A stretch of DNA of 64,000 bases from Halieaceae bacterium (lineage in GTDB: Bacteria > Pseudomonadota > Gammaproteobacteria > Pseudomonadales > Halieaceae): contig CBDFGK010000001.1 of NCBI GenBank assembly GCA_965247075.1, forward strand, positions 1,322 to 65,321. The letters are read 5' to 3'. The position numbers were made by a program, and so were the translations under genes. The notes beneath the pieces are model-generated. The model saw only the letters and a list, made by a program, of their open reading frames with translations, did not search any database and was not told the origin of the DNA. Below, in pieces: positions 29,236 to 38,792 of the stretch; the first letter of the stretch is position 1; each line of letters opens with the position of its first letter.

Positions 29236-30030
29236 TCACAGGATGGCCAGCTTGCTGTTGGGCATATCTGTCACCAACATACAGCCGGGACTGTGGGTAA
29301 TGCAAAAGGGGGGCCTGGCGCTCTCAATGGCGACCTGCGGGGTAACGCCACAAGCCCAGAAAAGAGCTAGCTCATGGTCGTGAATGCTCACCGCGTCGCC
29401 ATAGTCAGGCGCAGCTATGTTGTCTATACCGAGCAGCGCTGGATCACCTATATGAACAGGCGCACCGTGCACCGATGGGAAGCGGGTACAAATCTGGATG
29501 GCGCGGATGGCATCCGCCGCTGCGAAGGGGCGCATGCTCACTACCATGTTGCCGGCGAAAGCTCCGGCGGCCTGGCATTCAATGTTGGTCCTGTACATAG
29601 GCACATTGGCGTCTTCGCTAACATTGCGCACATCCAGGCCATCCGCCAGCAGGGCCTCCTCAAAGCTGAAGGAACAACCCAGCGCAAATGTCACCAGGTC
29701 ATCGCGCCAAAAATCTTCGATGTGGTTTGCTTCCCCAACACATTGGCCGTCTTCAAAAATGCGGTAACTGGGTATATCGGTGCGAATATCGATCTCGCCC
29801 AGGCTGGGTAATGTGGTTTCACCGGCGGCGCTCGCACTGGTGATCAGCGGGCAGGGTTTGGGGTTCAGTTGGCAGAACTTTAGAAAATCTGCCGCCCAGT
29901 CGGCTGGCAGGATAACGATATTGCATTGCACAAAACCGGCCGCCAGGCCAGATGTATTACCGGTATGGGCGCCCGAGCGTATGCGTACTCGCAGGTCGGC
30001 GGGGGAGAGGGCTGGTAGCGATTCGGTCAT
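29236..30030 (-). CDS. DUF1445 putative hydro-lyase (D-glutamate cyclase family)
   Basis: 264 aa. [26 protein letters not shown] and CGVTPQ motifs are typical of UPF0317/DUF1445. Confidence 0.8.
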   Translation of the reverse strand: MTESLPALSPADLRVRIRSGAHTGNTSGLAAGFVQCNIVILPADWAADFLKFCQLNPKPCPLITSASAAGETTLPSLGEIDIRTDIPSYRIFEDGQCVGEANHIEDFWRDDLVTFALGCSFSFEEALLADGLDVRNVSEDANVPMYRTNIECQAAGAFAGNMVVSMRPFAAADAIRAIQICTRFPSVHGAPVHIGDPALLGIDNIAAPDYGDAVSIHDHELALFWACGVTPQVAIESARPPFCITHSPGCMLVTDMPNSKLAIL

Positions 30031-30174
30031 GGGCTAACTATAGCGCGGGAATCGCCCGTAGAGTTGAATTTATTGGCTCTTTTGAATTTCGTGTGGGGCA
30101 GGCAGGCTCGATAATCAGATTGATCATAAGTCAGACATTGGCATAATGGGCGCCCCGCAACCAAGAGAATTAAC

Positions 30175-31029
30175 GTGCCCGATCGCCAGACCCTTGAACA
30201 CCTGCTACATACACTCAGCCTTGAAAAGCTTGGAGACTATTCCTTTGTGGGCCAGAATACCCATCCCGACGGGCCGCGCTTGTATGGCGGTCAGGTGTTG
30301 GCGCAGGCGCTGCGGGCCGGCGTTGCAACCGTAGACGAGGACCGCGCTGTACACTCACAGCACGCCTGTTTTTTGCGCCCCGGCGACCCCGGGCTGCCGG
30401 TGGAGTTTGAGGTCGAAAATGCACGCGACGGCGGCAGCTTCAGTTCACGACGGGTAGTCGCCTCCCAGCAGGGCCGCATTATCCTGGCGAGTTCCCTGTC
30501 CTTCCAGGTCCCGGAGCAGGGCGATGAGCTGGAGTTTGACCTGCCGGCAGTCATTGGTCCGGACCACCTGGAGAGCGAGCGCGACCGATCACTCAAGGAC
30601 GACCAACTGTGGGCTGACTTTCAGATTGTGAACGGCCTCGATCTGGATGTGCGCGTTATTGAACCGGTAGACTGGGTTAATCCTCGGCCACGTGATGGCA
30701 TACTGCATGCCTGGATGAAGACCAGTGCTGCGCTGAGTGACGAGCGGGGTCTGCACGAAGCCTTGCTGGCCTATATATCCGATGCTTTCCTGGTCGACGT
30801 GGCGTTGATGCCCCATGGGCGCAGTTTCATGCAGGGCATGCAGACCGCCAGCCTCGATCATGCCCTGTGGCTGCATGGGCCATTCCGGGCCGACCAGTGG
30901 CTATTACTGGCAGCCGATGTACAAAGTGTAGGTGGCGGTCGCGGGCTGGGTCGCGGGCGTTTCTTTACCGAAGACGGTCAGCTGGTGGCCACCTGTATGC
31001 AGGAATCCCTGCAGCGGCGTCTGCTGTGA
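30175..31029 (+). CDS. tesB: Acyl-CoA thioesterase II
   Basis: It has a double hot-dog fold. Motifs are LEHLLHTLSLEKLGDYSFVG, LYGGQVLAQAL and SLDHALWLH. The start is GTG. Confidence 0.85.
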   Translation: MPDRQTLEHLLHTLSLEKLGDYSFVGQNTHPDGPRLYGGQVLAQALRAGVATVDEDRAVHSQHACFLRPGDPGLPVEFEVENARDGGSFSSRRVVASQQGRIILASSLSFQVPEQGDELEFDLPAVIGPDHLESERDRSLKDDQLWADFQIVNGLDLDVRVIEPVDWVNPRPRDGILHAWMKTSAALSDERGLHEALLAYISDAFLVDVALMPHGRSFMQGMQTASLDHALWLHGPFRADQWLLLAADVQSVGGGRGLGRGRFFTEDGQLVATCMQESLQRRLL

Positions 31030-31039
31030 CCTGATCGCC

Positions 31040-31315
31040 GGGGAAGAGGCTGCCCGGCGCGACCACATTATCTCCCTGGCACAACAGCATGCTTGTGAGT
31101 GGCGACAGGACAGCGCCGGTACCAGTATTGCTCACTTGTTGCGCGCGCTGGGTCTACAGCCCGGCGACCACATTGGCATGATGATAGAGAACTGTCGCCG
31201 GTTTATGAAAATCGTACAGGTGGGTCACGCCAAGGTCGCCGATGTAGCTGTGTTGGGCATACCCAATGACGAATTTGGCGAAGAGGCCAAAGCCGTGGTG
31301 CAGCCAGTTAATTTT
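31040..31315 (+). pseudogene. Relic of an AMP-dependent acyl-CoA synthetase (N-terminal piece fused to a C-terminal piece)
   Basis: SIAHLLRALGLQPGDHIGMMIENCRRFMKIV is the family N-terminus. It joins directly to HAKVADVAVLGIPNDEFGEEAKAVVQPV from the C-terminal domain. About 400 aa of core is missing. Confidence 0.6.
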
Positions 31316-34300
31316 CAGACCACTGACAGCGATTCGACCGCTGCCGGTTTTGCGGACTTGCGAAAGGGCAGGTACAGCGTGGGCAGCACAAACAGCGTAA
31401 AGAGTGTGCCTATTAACATGCCGGTGGTGATGGTCAGGCCGATAGCGTAGCGACTGCCGGCACCGGCACCGGACGCCAGCAGCAGGGGCATCACCCCAAG
31501 TACCGTGGCAAAGGTGGTCATCAATATGGGGCGCAGGCGCAGGGCGGCGGCTTCCAGTACTGCCTCGCGCCGGCCCAGTCCGCCGCGGACCATTTTGTTG
31601 GCGAAATCAACAATCAAAATACCGTGCTTGCTGATCAGGCCGATCAGCGTGAGCAGCCCCACCTGGGTATAAATATTCAGCGTGGACCAGCCCAGGGCCA
31701 GCGGCACCATAGCTCCAAAAATAGACAGCGGCACACCAACCAGCACCACCATCGAGTCGCGGAAGCTATTGAACTGCACCGCCAGCACCAGAAAAATAAA
31801 CATCAGTGAAGTGGCGAATAGCAGTACAAAACTGTCCTTCTCCTGCACGAAGCGACGCGATTCCCCCCGGTGTCCAATGCGATAACCGGTCGGCGCCACT
31901 GCCTGCAGGGTTTTCTCAAGAAACTCCAGGCCGGTTCCCAGTGTGTTGGGCGGCATCATCAGGCCCTGTATGGTGGTGCTGTTGAGCTGTTGGTATTGGG
32001 TCAGCGAATTGGGCTCTACCTGGTGTGAGAGCTTGATAACCGTAGCCATAGGCACCAATTCGCCGCTATCGGTGCGCACGTAATAGCGTTGTAGTCCTTC
32101 CTTGGTGAGCCTGAATCCCTGCTCAGCTTGTGGGATGACCTTGTAACTGCGCCCGTCCATACTAAAGCGGTTTGCCTCAGCTTCACCCAGCATCACCTGC
32201 AAGGTTTCGCCGATGGCGCGCATGGATATGCCCAGCCGCGCCGCCAGGTCGCGGTCGATACGCACGGTCACTTCAGGGCGGCTGTAGCGCAGCCCCTTGG
32301 TGGCAAAGGCAAACAGCCCGGATTCGCGGGCTTTTAGCAGCACCTCCTCAGAGACCCGCTCCAGTTCCCGGTAGTCGGCGGTAGAGGCGATAACAAAATT
32401 GACCGGCAGACCGGAGTCGGTGCCCGGCATGGAAGCCCAGCCAAAAACGAAAATTTCCAGCCCGCTGACCTTGCTGAATTCCGCCTGCAACTGGGTCTGT
32501 ATTTCCTTCTGGCTGCGGCTTCGTTTGCTCCAGGGAACCAGCTCAAGGCCGCCGAATACCTGCCCCGGATTGTTAACCTGAAACGAATGGCTGACCTCCG
32601 GTATTTTGCTCCAGATGTCGACAATCTGGTCGGTAAAATAATTGACGTAGTCCAGGCTGCTGTAATCCGGTGGAGACGCCATGACAAACAGGCCGCCATT
32701 GTCTTCTTCCGGCGCCAGTTCCTTTTGCACCAAAGCAAACAATATCGGCAGGCTGACCAGGATCGCGGCGGCGAACAACAGTACGGCGCCGCGGTTGTTG
32801 AGGCAGTGCCCCAGCAGTCGCTGGTAGGCGTCATGCAAGGTGATAAAGTGGGCATCCAGCCAGTCGGCAATAGCCCCTTGGTGAGCATGGTCCTTTAGCA
32901 CATAGGCGCACATCATCGGGCTGAGGGTGAGCGCGATAACCCCCGATACCAGTACCGCACCGGCCAGTGTCCAGGCAAATTCGCTGAACAGTGCGCCAGT
33001 CAGTCCACCCAAAAATCCAATCGGCGCGTACACGGCGGCCAGCGTCAGGGTCATGGCAATAACCGGCAGTGCTACTTCCCTGGCGCCTTGTAGTGCCGCC
33101 TCACGGGGCGCCACGCCCGCTTCAATATGGCGATGCACGTTCTCGACTACCACAATAGCGTCATCCACCACCAATCCAATGGCGATGACCATGGCCAGTA
33201 TGGTTAGCAAATTGATGGAAAATCCCATCGTCCAGATCAGGAACAGCACACCGATCAAGGACAGCGGAATCGCCACCAGGGGAATAATGACCACCCGCAG
33301 TGAGCCCAGGAACAACAATATCACCAACACCACGATGACCGATGCCTCGGCGAGGGTCAGCATCACCTGTTGCAATGCCTCCTCAATAAATATGGAGCTG
33401 TCTGAGTCGATAAAAATCTCCAGGTCGGCCGGCATTTTGGCAGTCAGTGTGGGAATCACTGCCTTGATGCGCCTGGCGACGTCCAGCGGGTTGGCGCCGG
33501 GTGCCTCGGTAATGCTCACGAAGACGGTATCTTTACCGCTGGAATACGAAGCCGAATCGTAGTCGGCACTGGCCAGTTCGAGTGCGGCGATATCACTGAG
33601 TCGCACCCGTTTGTCCCCCGCCTGGCGTACCACGATGTTGGCGAAGTCAGCGGGGCTTTGCATGTCGGTCTGTGCATCGACGCTGGTGCTGACCAGGTCG
33701 CCGCGGGTAGTGCCGGCGGCGGAAATATAATTTTCCCGTCGAATGGCGTTATTGACATCGATGGCAGAAACGCCGTAGGCGGCCATTTTGGCCGGGTTGA
33801 GCCAGACACGCATGGCGAAATCACGGTCGCTGAGAACTTTCGCTTCGCCCACTCCCTCGATGGTGCTCAGTTCCGGTTGTATCACCCGGCGCAGATAGTC
33901 ATTAATTTGCTGAATAGACATCTGCTCACTGAAGAACGCCATGTACATCATGGCGTCATCGCCAAAGGTGGTGGTAATTACCGGGTCTTCAGTTTCCCGC
34001 GGCAATTCGAACTTGGCCTCGTTGACCTTGGCGATGACTTCCGTGAGCACCTTGGTGGTATCTTCACCCAGGCGCACGTTAATGCGAATTCTTGACACAC
34101 CGGGGTTGCTGCTCGAGGTGATGTACTCGACCCCATTGGCGGCGGCAATGCGACGTTGTAATGGGTCTGTTACAAAGCCCTGTACGGTGTGAGCGCTGGC
34201 GCCCGGATAGACCGCGACAACAAATATCACGCTCTTTTCGACCTCCGGAAACTGCCGTAGGGATAATTGCGTGGCGGCCTGTGCACCCAACATCAGCAAT

Positions 34301-34359
34301 AGCGCGCTCACCACAATGGCGAGCACGGGTCGTTTTATAAAGTGATCGGTAAATCGCAT
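31315..34359 (-). CDS. RND efflux transporter permease (HAE1, AcrB/MdtB-like)
   Basis: 1014 aa with 12-TM architecture and an MRFTDHFIKRPVLAIVVS N-terminus. Confidence 0.95.
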   Translation of the reverse strand: MRFTDHFIKRPVLAIVVSALLLMLGAQAATQLSLRQFPEVEKSVIFVVAVYPGASAHTVQGFVTDPLQRRIAAANGVEYITSSSNPGVSRIRINVRLGEDTTKVLTEVIAKVNEAKFELPRETEDPVITTTFGDDAMMYMAFFSEQMSIQQINDYLRRVIQPELSTIEGVGEAKVLSDRDFAMRVWLNPAKMAAYGVSAIDVNNAIRRENYISAAGTTRGDLVSTSVDAQTDMQSPADFANIVVRQAGDKRVRLSDIAALELASADYDSASYSSGKDTVFVSITEAPGANPLDVARRIKAVIPTLTAKMPADLEIFIDSDSSIFIEEALQQVMLTLAEASVIVVLVILLFLGSLRVVIIPLVAIPLSLIGVLFLIWTMGFSINLLTILAMVIAIGLVVDDAIVVVENVHRHIEAGVAPREAALQGAREVALPVIAMTLTLAAVYAPIGFLGGLTGALFSEFAWTLAGAVLVSGVIALTLSPMMCAYVLKDHAHQGAIADWLDAHFITLHDAYQRLLGHCLNNRGAVLLFAAAILVSLPILFALVQKELAPEEDNGGLFVMASPPDYSSLDYVNYFTDQIVDIWSKIPEVSHSFQVNNPGQVFGGLELVPWSKRSRSQKEIQTQLQAEFSKVSGLEIFVFGWASMPGTDSGLPVNFVIASTADYRELERVSEEVLLKARESGLFAFATKGLRYSRPEVTVRIDRDLAARLGISMRAIGETLQVMLGEAEANRFSMDGRSYKVIPQAEQGFRLTKEGLQRYYVRTDSGELVPMATVIKLSHQVEPNSLTQYQQLNSTTIQGLMMPPNTLGTGLEFLEKTLQAVAPTGYRIGHRGESRRFVQEKDSFVLLFATSLMFIFLVLAVQFNSFRDSMVVLVGVPLSIFGAMVPLALGWSTLNIYTQVGLLTLIGLISKHGILIVDFANKMVRGGLGRREAVLEAAALRLRPILMTTFATVLGVMPLLLASGAGAGSRYAIGLTITTGMLIGTLFTLFVLPTLYLPFRKSAKPAAVESLSVV

Positions 34360-34368
34360 GGTCCGATT

Positions 34369-35439
34369 CTATAGCTGCACATTTTCGTCGATGACAATTT
34401 CGACGTTGCGAAATAGTTTATTCTGGCCGACGGTTACTATTTGTGTGCCCGCTTTCAGCCCAGAGAGAATCGCAGTGCGACCGCCGCGAACTTCGCCCAC
34501 CGTTACAATCTGCGACACGGCGGTGAGTCCGCCGCCTTCGCGCGCTTGCACCACGTGCACGATATTGCCCTGCAGGGAGTATGTGATCGCCGTTTGTGGC
34601 ACCGTAATCACGGCGATTCGCTGGTCGAGGTCGATGCGCAGTATGGCAAACATGCCCGGCAACAGACCCTCGGTTTCCTTTAGTTTGGCGCGTACCAGCA
34701 GGCTGCGCGTGCCGGTATCTACCCGACTGTCGAGTGCCGCCAGTTCTGCGTTGAAGTGACGCTCCGGAAAGGCATTAACCTGTAAGTTAATGCCCAGGCC
34801 CTTGCGAAGCTGCGGGGCGTGGTGCGCGGGCAGGGTAAAATCGATTTCGAGTTCTGAGTTGTCTTGCAGGGTGGCGATAACCGTGCCGGGAGAAACATAG
34901 TCGCCCAGGTCAACCTGCCGGATGCCGAGCGCGCCATCGAAGGGCGCGTGTATACGTTTGTTTCTCAATTCGGCCTCAGTCTCGGCCAACTGCGCCCTGG
35001 CGCGTGCCAGGTCGGCCCGCGATTGATCGTACTGGGATTGGGGTATGGAATTTTGCTTGATCAACTTGCTGTCGCGCTCAAACAGGATTTCCGCCAATTC
35101 AAGCGTGGCGATGTTATTTTGCCGACTGGCCTGTTCAATCTCATCGTTGAGCACTATGAGCAACTGACCGGCCACAGTGCGCTGCCCGGAATCAAAGTTG
35201 ATGGCGGTAATCTCGCCGCTGGTCTCGGAGGTCAACTCGATGCCACGCACGGCCTTGATCGTGCCAACCGCTTCCAGGTACTGGTCCCAGCGGTCCGCCT
35301 CTGAAATGGAGGTGGCAATGGTTACCGGTGGGGGTGAAAAATCGGTTGCGGCCAGTGTCGAGTATCGGATATACAGATAGCCGGCGATTGAACCAAAGAT
35401 TGCCAGCAGCAGGCCGATAACGATTAAATAGGCGCGCAC
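34369..35439 (-). CDS. RND efflux periplasmic adaptor (membrane fusion protein)
   Basis: 356 aa with an N-terminal TM segment, a coiled-coil hairpin and barrel-sandwich motifs. It lies directly upstream of the RND permease. Confidence 0.9.
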   Translation of the reverse strand: MRAYLIVIGLLLAIFGSIAGYLYIRYSTLAATDFSPPPVTIATSISEADRWDQYLEAVGTIKAVRGIELTSETSGEITAINFDSGQRTVAGQLLIVLNDEIEQASRQNNIATLELAEILFERDSKLIKQNSIPQSQYDQSRADLARARAQLAETEAELRNKRIHAPFDGALGIRQVDLGDYVSPGTVIATLQDNSELEIDFTLPAHHAPQLRKGLGINLQVNAFPERHFNAELAALDSRVDTGTRSLLVRAKLKETEGLLPGMFAILRIDLDQRIAVITVPQTAITYSLQGNIVHVVQAREGGGLTAVSQIVTVGEVRGGRTAILSGLKAGTQIVTVGQNKLFRNVEIVIDENVQL

Positions 35440-35506
35440 GTTTTTTCCTTGTGTCTGGGCACTTTCAGTGAACAGGCTTTATACCACATACCACGGATAG
35501 ATCAGC

Positions 35507-36301
35507 ATGAGTATTTTTGACAGGTTTAGATTGGATGGCAAGGTGGCACTGATCACCGGCGCCGGCAAGGGTATAGGTGCAGGTATTGCCCGTGCCTATG
35601 CAGAAGCCGGTGCCGATGTGGTGCTGGCTGCTCGCACCGAGGCGGACCTGTTAGCGGTGGCCGCAGCGGTGGAAGCCTTGGGCCGCAGGGCACTGGTTGT
35701 CCCCACTGATGTGATGGAGGCCGATCAGCTACAAAATGTGGTTGATAAGACTATTGAGGTGTTTGGCGGTATCGATATCCTCGTTAATAATGCCGGCGGC
35801 TTTCCCCCCAAGCCAGCCCTGGACACGCCCACCTCGCAGTTTGACTACGCCATGCGCTTTAACGTCAGTACCGCTTACACCTTGACTACCCTGTGTGCGC
35901 GACAACTGGCGGAGCGAGATGGGAACGTGGTGAATATCTCCTCTATTGCCGGTGAAAAGCCCACTCCGTGCTTTTCGGCCTACGGTACTGCCAAGGGCGC
36001 CCTGTCTTTGTTAACCAAAGAATTTGCCCAGGAATTTGCCCCCAAAATCCGCGTCAATGCCATCGCAGTGGGATCTACCCGTACCGATGCGCTCAATACA
36101 GTGCTTAACGATGAAATCGAGGCCGCGATGGTGCGAATGACGCCCATGGCGCGCCTGGGAGAAGTTGAAGATATCGCCCTGGGCGCGCTGTACCTGGCGT
36201 CCCCTGCCGGCAGCTATGTAACGGGCGAAATCCTGGCTATCAATGGTGGCCTCGAACGGCTCAATATGGAGATGCCCCGCGCCTTTGGCGGGGTAGGCTG
36301 A
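35507..36301 (+). CDS. SDR-family oxidoreductase (FabG-like)
   Basis: TGAGKGIGAG, NNAG and YGTAK motifs are present. Confidence 0.85.
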   Translation: MSIFDRFRLDGKVALITGAGKGIGAGIARAYAEAGADVVLAARTEADLLAVAAAVEALGRRALVVPTDVMEADQLQNVVDKTIEVFGGIDILVNNAGGFPPKPALDTPTSQFDYAMRFNVSTAYTLTTLCARQLAERDGNVVNISSIAGEKPTPCFSAYGTAKGALSLLTKEFAQEFAPKIRVNAIAVGSTRTDALNTVLNDEIEAAMVRMTPMARLGEVEDIALGALYLASPAGSYVTGEILAINGGLERLNMEMPRAFGGVG

Positions 36302-36391
36302 AGAGGGCGCTGAAAACTTGATCCTGGCTATGTCCTGCTCTTACACAATGGGATAAGCTGGCAGTGTAAACATCACTTTAGGAGTATTCTG

Positions 36392-37963
36392 GTGTTAAAA
36401 AACCGGCGACTGAAGAAACTTGAGCGAGAGATGAATCGGGCGGAGAGCTATGCCCAGTGGTATGAGCGGGCCGAGGCGCACGACGAAGCCAGTGGCATGT
36501 TGCGTTGGCGCCAGGTTGATCAGACCAACCTCTATGATTATGCCTCCATACGCCGCCGCGTAGATCGCCTGCGCAGCCTGCGAGCCAGGGGCGATGATGT
36601 GGGCCTGTTGTTCACCCTCAATGAGGGCATTCACGGCAATATGGGTGGCATGGGCAGCAGTAAATTGCACCAGCAGGCCCACGCCGGCACCAAACTGCTG
36701 ATTGAAGACTATGTCGATGAAATCGTCGACGCGCTGCGGTACTTGGCCGAGCTGAAATCAGACCATATTTCGGTGGCGGACAAATTGGACTTTTTTTACC
36801 GGGCCAATCACTGCTATGGGCGTTCGGCCTTAATGCTCAGTGGCGGCGGTGTTTTGGGTTTTTACCATCTGGGTGTGGTCAAGACCCTGCTGGATAACAA
36901 ACTGTTACCCCGGGTTATTTCCGGTTCCAGTGCGGGATCGATGATTGCCGGAGTGCTGGGAACCCACACGGATGAGGAACTGGTGCAGTTTTATGACCCC
37001 AGCCACGTGCATTTTGAGGCCGAGAAAGAAGCGACGGTGTTTGATCGAATGTTTTTTGGCAAGCACCCCGGCATGGATGTGCACGACGTGCAGGCCGTGG
37101 TGGAGCGCCTAGTGCCGGACATGACTTTTCAGGAGGCCTACCAAAAAACCGGCCGCCAGATCAGCATCACGGTAGCCCCGGCAGAACCCCAGCAAACCTC
37201 ACGTCTATTGAACGCTATCACCTCGCCGAATGTCTATTTGCGCAGTGCCATCATGGCTTCCTGTGCTGTGCCGGGGGTGTTTCCGCCGGTGATGCTCAGC
37301 GCCAGGAATGTTTATGGTGATTTGCAACCCTACCTGCCAACACGCAAATGGGTAGACGGTTCAATCAGTGATGATTTGCCGGCTAAGCGCCTGGGGCGTT
37401 TGTATAGCACCAATCACTCTATCGTCAGTATGGTCAATCCCATTGTATTGCCATTCCTGCACAATGGGCTGGGCGGTAGCCGTCTGTTAACCGCCGGAGG
37501 TAAGCTCGGCATCGAAGTCACCCGTGAGGCCCTCAACGTCTACCGCCGGCAGGCGCACAAGTACGGCGCTGACTGGCTACGCCTGAATTGGCTGGTAAAT
37601 ACGATACACAGCTTGCTGGATCAGAATTACAGCGGCGATATTAATATAGTGCCGCGCTTTCGCTGGTACAGCCCCACCAAGATCCTCTCGCATATCACTG
37701 AAGAAGAAATGATGCTGTTGATGAAAGAGGGTGAGGCTGCGACCTGGCCCGAATTGCGGGCTATAGACGTCTGCACCAAAATCAGCCGGGCGCTGGATGA
37801 TATTCTTGAGTACTTTGAACGCGGCGACCTCAAGCCAATACGCGCCGCCAGGCGCCGCCCCAGGCGGCCTGCCGTTAAAAAGGCCGCTGCCAGTAAAAAG
37901 GCAAAACCTGTAAAAAAGCCTGATGTGGAGCTTGCCGCTGCGGTTTCTACCAAGGCGGCCTGA
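36392..37963 (+). CDS. Patatin-like phospholipase (DUF3336-type N-terminus) with a Lys/Ala-rich C-terminal tail
   Basis: The oxyanion motif is GGGVLGFYHLG, the nucleophile is GSSAGS and the Asp is in VDGSISDD. The start is GTG with an AGGAG SD. Confidence 0.85.
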   Translation: MLKNRRLKKLEREMNRAESYAQWYERAEAHDEASGMLRWRQVDQTNLYDYASIRRRVDRLRSLRARGDDVGLLFTLNEGIHGNMGGMGSSKLHQQAHAGTKLLIEDYVDEIVDALRYLAELKSDHISVADKLDFFYRANHCYGRSALMLSGGGVLGFYHLGVVKTLLDNKLLPRVISGSSAGSMIAGVLGTHTDEELVQFYDPSHVHFEAEKEATVFDRMFFGKHPGMDVHDVQAVVERLVPDMTFQEAYQKTGRQISITVAPAEPQQTSRLLNAITSPNVYLRSAIMASCAVPGVFPPVMLSARNVYGDLQPYLPTRKWVDGSISDDLPAKRLGRLYSTNHSIVSMVNPIVLPFLHNGLGGSRLLTAGGKLGIEVTREALNVYRRQAHKYGADWLRLNWLVNTIHSLLDQNYSGDINIVPRFRWYSPTKILSHITEEEMMLLMKEGEAATWPELRAIDVCTKISRALDDILEYFERGDLKPIRAARRRPRRPAVKKAAASKKAKPVKKPDVELAAAVSTKAA

Positions 37964-38434
37964 TTATCTGTCCCGGCCACCGGCTTCGCCATATACCGCC
38001 TCGGCGAGCCCAGTGCGGAGGACGTTCGCGTATAGGAGCGAATTCATAGTTTCTAGGTTGCTAGTGTTCTCCTTATCAACCAGGTCGATAACGTACTCTA
38101 AAGGAGTGCCCTCGTACTGATGTGCGGAATGCTCCACAAAACGATCGTACTTCTGATGAAGACTTGCAACTAACGTCCTGAGGGAAACATGTCTCGATTG
38201 AATTGAGGCAGATTTCGCTTCGAATTGACGCAAGGCAGTTTGCAACTTCCGTCGGTTAGAGAGAACTCGCGCATTGTGATTCCGCACCTCTTGATTGTGC
38301 TTATTGATGGCGCGATTCACATTCTGATTCTGCGTTCTAACGGCTTGGTTATACCGATTAATAGCGTTGCGTTTTTTTTGCTGAATTTGGCGCAGCTGGC
38401 TACGCAATTGAGCTGACGAGACTCGTCTGACCAT
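37964..38434 (-). CDS. Hypothetical Asn/Gln/Arg-rich coiled-coil protein (island gene)
   Basis: 156 aa with a GGAGGG SD. The N-terminal half is roughly 11-residue repeats (AINRYNQAVRT QNQNVNRAINK HNQEVRNHNAR). Its stop abuts the patatin stop with 0 nt spacing. The last ~25 codons are GC-rich like the host flank. Confidence 0.55.
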   Translation of the reverse strand: MVRRVSSAQLRSQLRQIQQKKRNAINRYNQAVRTQNQNVNRAINKHNQEVRNHNARVLSNRRKLQTALRQFEAKSASIQSRHVSLRTLVASLHQKYDRFVEHSAHQYEGTPLEYVIDLVDKENTSNLETMNSLLYANVLRTGLAEAVYGEAGGRDR

Positions 38435-38472
38435 GGCGATTGCCCTCCAGTTAGTGGAAAACGAGCGCGTAG

Positions 38473-38625
38473 CTAACGCTGTTTGCTACGCCCTGCGTCC
38501 CCGCGGCAGGGATTGGGGATGGACTCTTTTTGTGTTCTAGACGGGTAACGCTTTGCATAACTCTCCGTGACGAATTTTCCTGTTACTGAGCTCCGGCGTC
38601 CGGTGTAACTTTTTTTGCTAGGCAT
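38473..38625 (-). CDS. Small basic hypothetical protein (50 aa, below the ORF-track cutoff)
   Basis: The product is MPSKKSYTGRRSSVTGKFVTESYAKRYPSRTQKESIPNPCRGDAGRSKQR. A strong SD (GGAGGA) lies 8 nt upstream. The SGKFVT..YAK..P..T motif recurs in small phage/plasmid proteins, from memory. Confidence 0.5.
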   Translation of the reverse strand: MPSKKSYTGRRSSVTGKFVTESYAKRYPSRTQKESIPNPCRGDAGRSKQR

Positions 38626-38641
38626 TTTTCAATCCTCCGCT

Positions 38642-38673
38642 TTAGACAATCAGTATCTATATATAGTGTCTAA
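38642..38673. promoter_or_regulatory. Perfect 7-bp inverted repeat TTAGACA-N18-TGTCTAA in the divergent control region
   Basis: Read directly from the sequence. It sits just upstream of the SD of the 50-aa gene. ATAGTGT occurs twice nearby (38663 and 38695). Confidence 0.4.
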
Positions 38674-38757
38674 TCAAGCTAAAATATACTATAAATAGTG
38701 TTATGAGCCGATTTGTGCTGGGTTTATAAAGAAGTGTGAATTAACATGTCGACTCTC

Positions 38758-38792
38758 TTGACATTAATCTAACACAATATTATTGTTGTGTT
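38758..38792 (+). promoter_or_regulatory. Candidate sigma-70 promoter (TTGACA-N17-TATTGT) overlapped by the inverted repeat AACACAA-N8-TTGTGTT
   Basis: The -35 is at 38758-38763 and the -10 at 38781-38786. The predicted TSS is within a few nt of ATG 38794, and no SD is visible. Confidence 0.35.
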
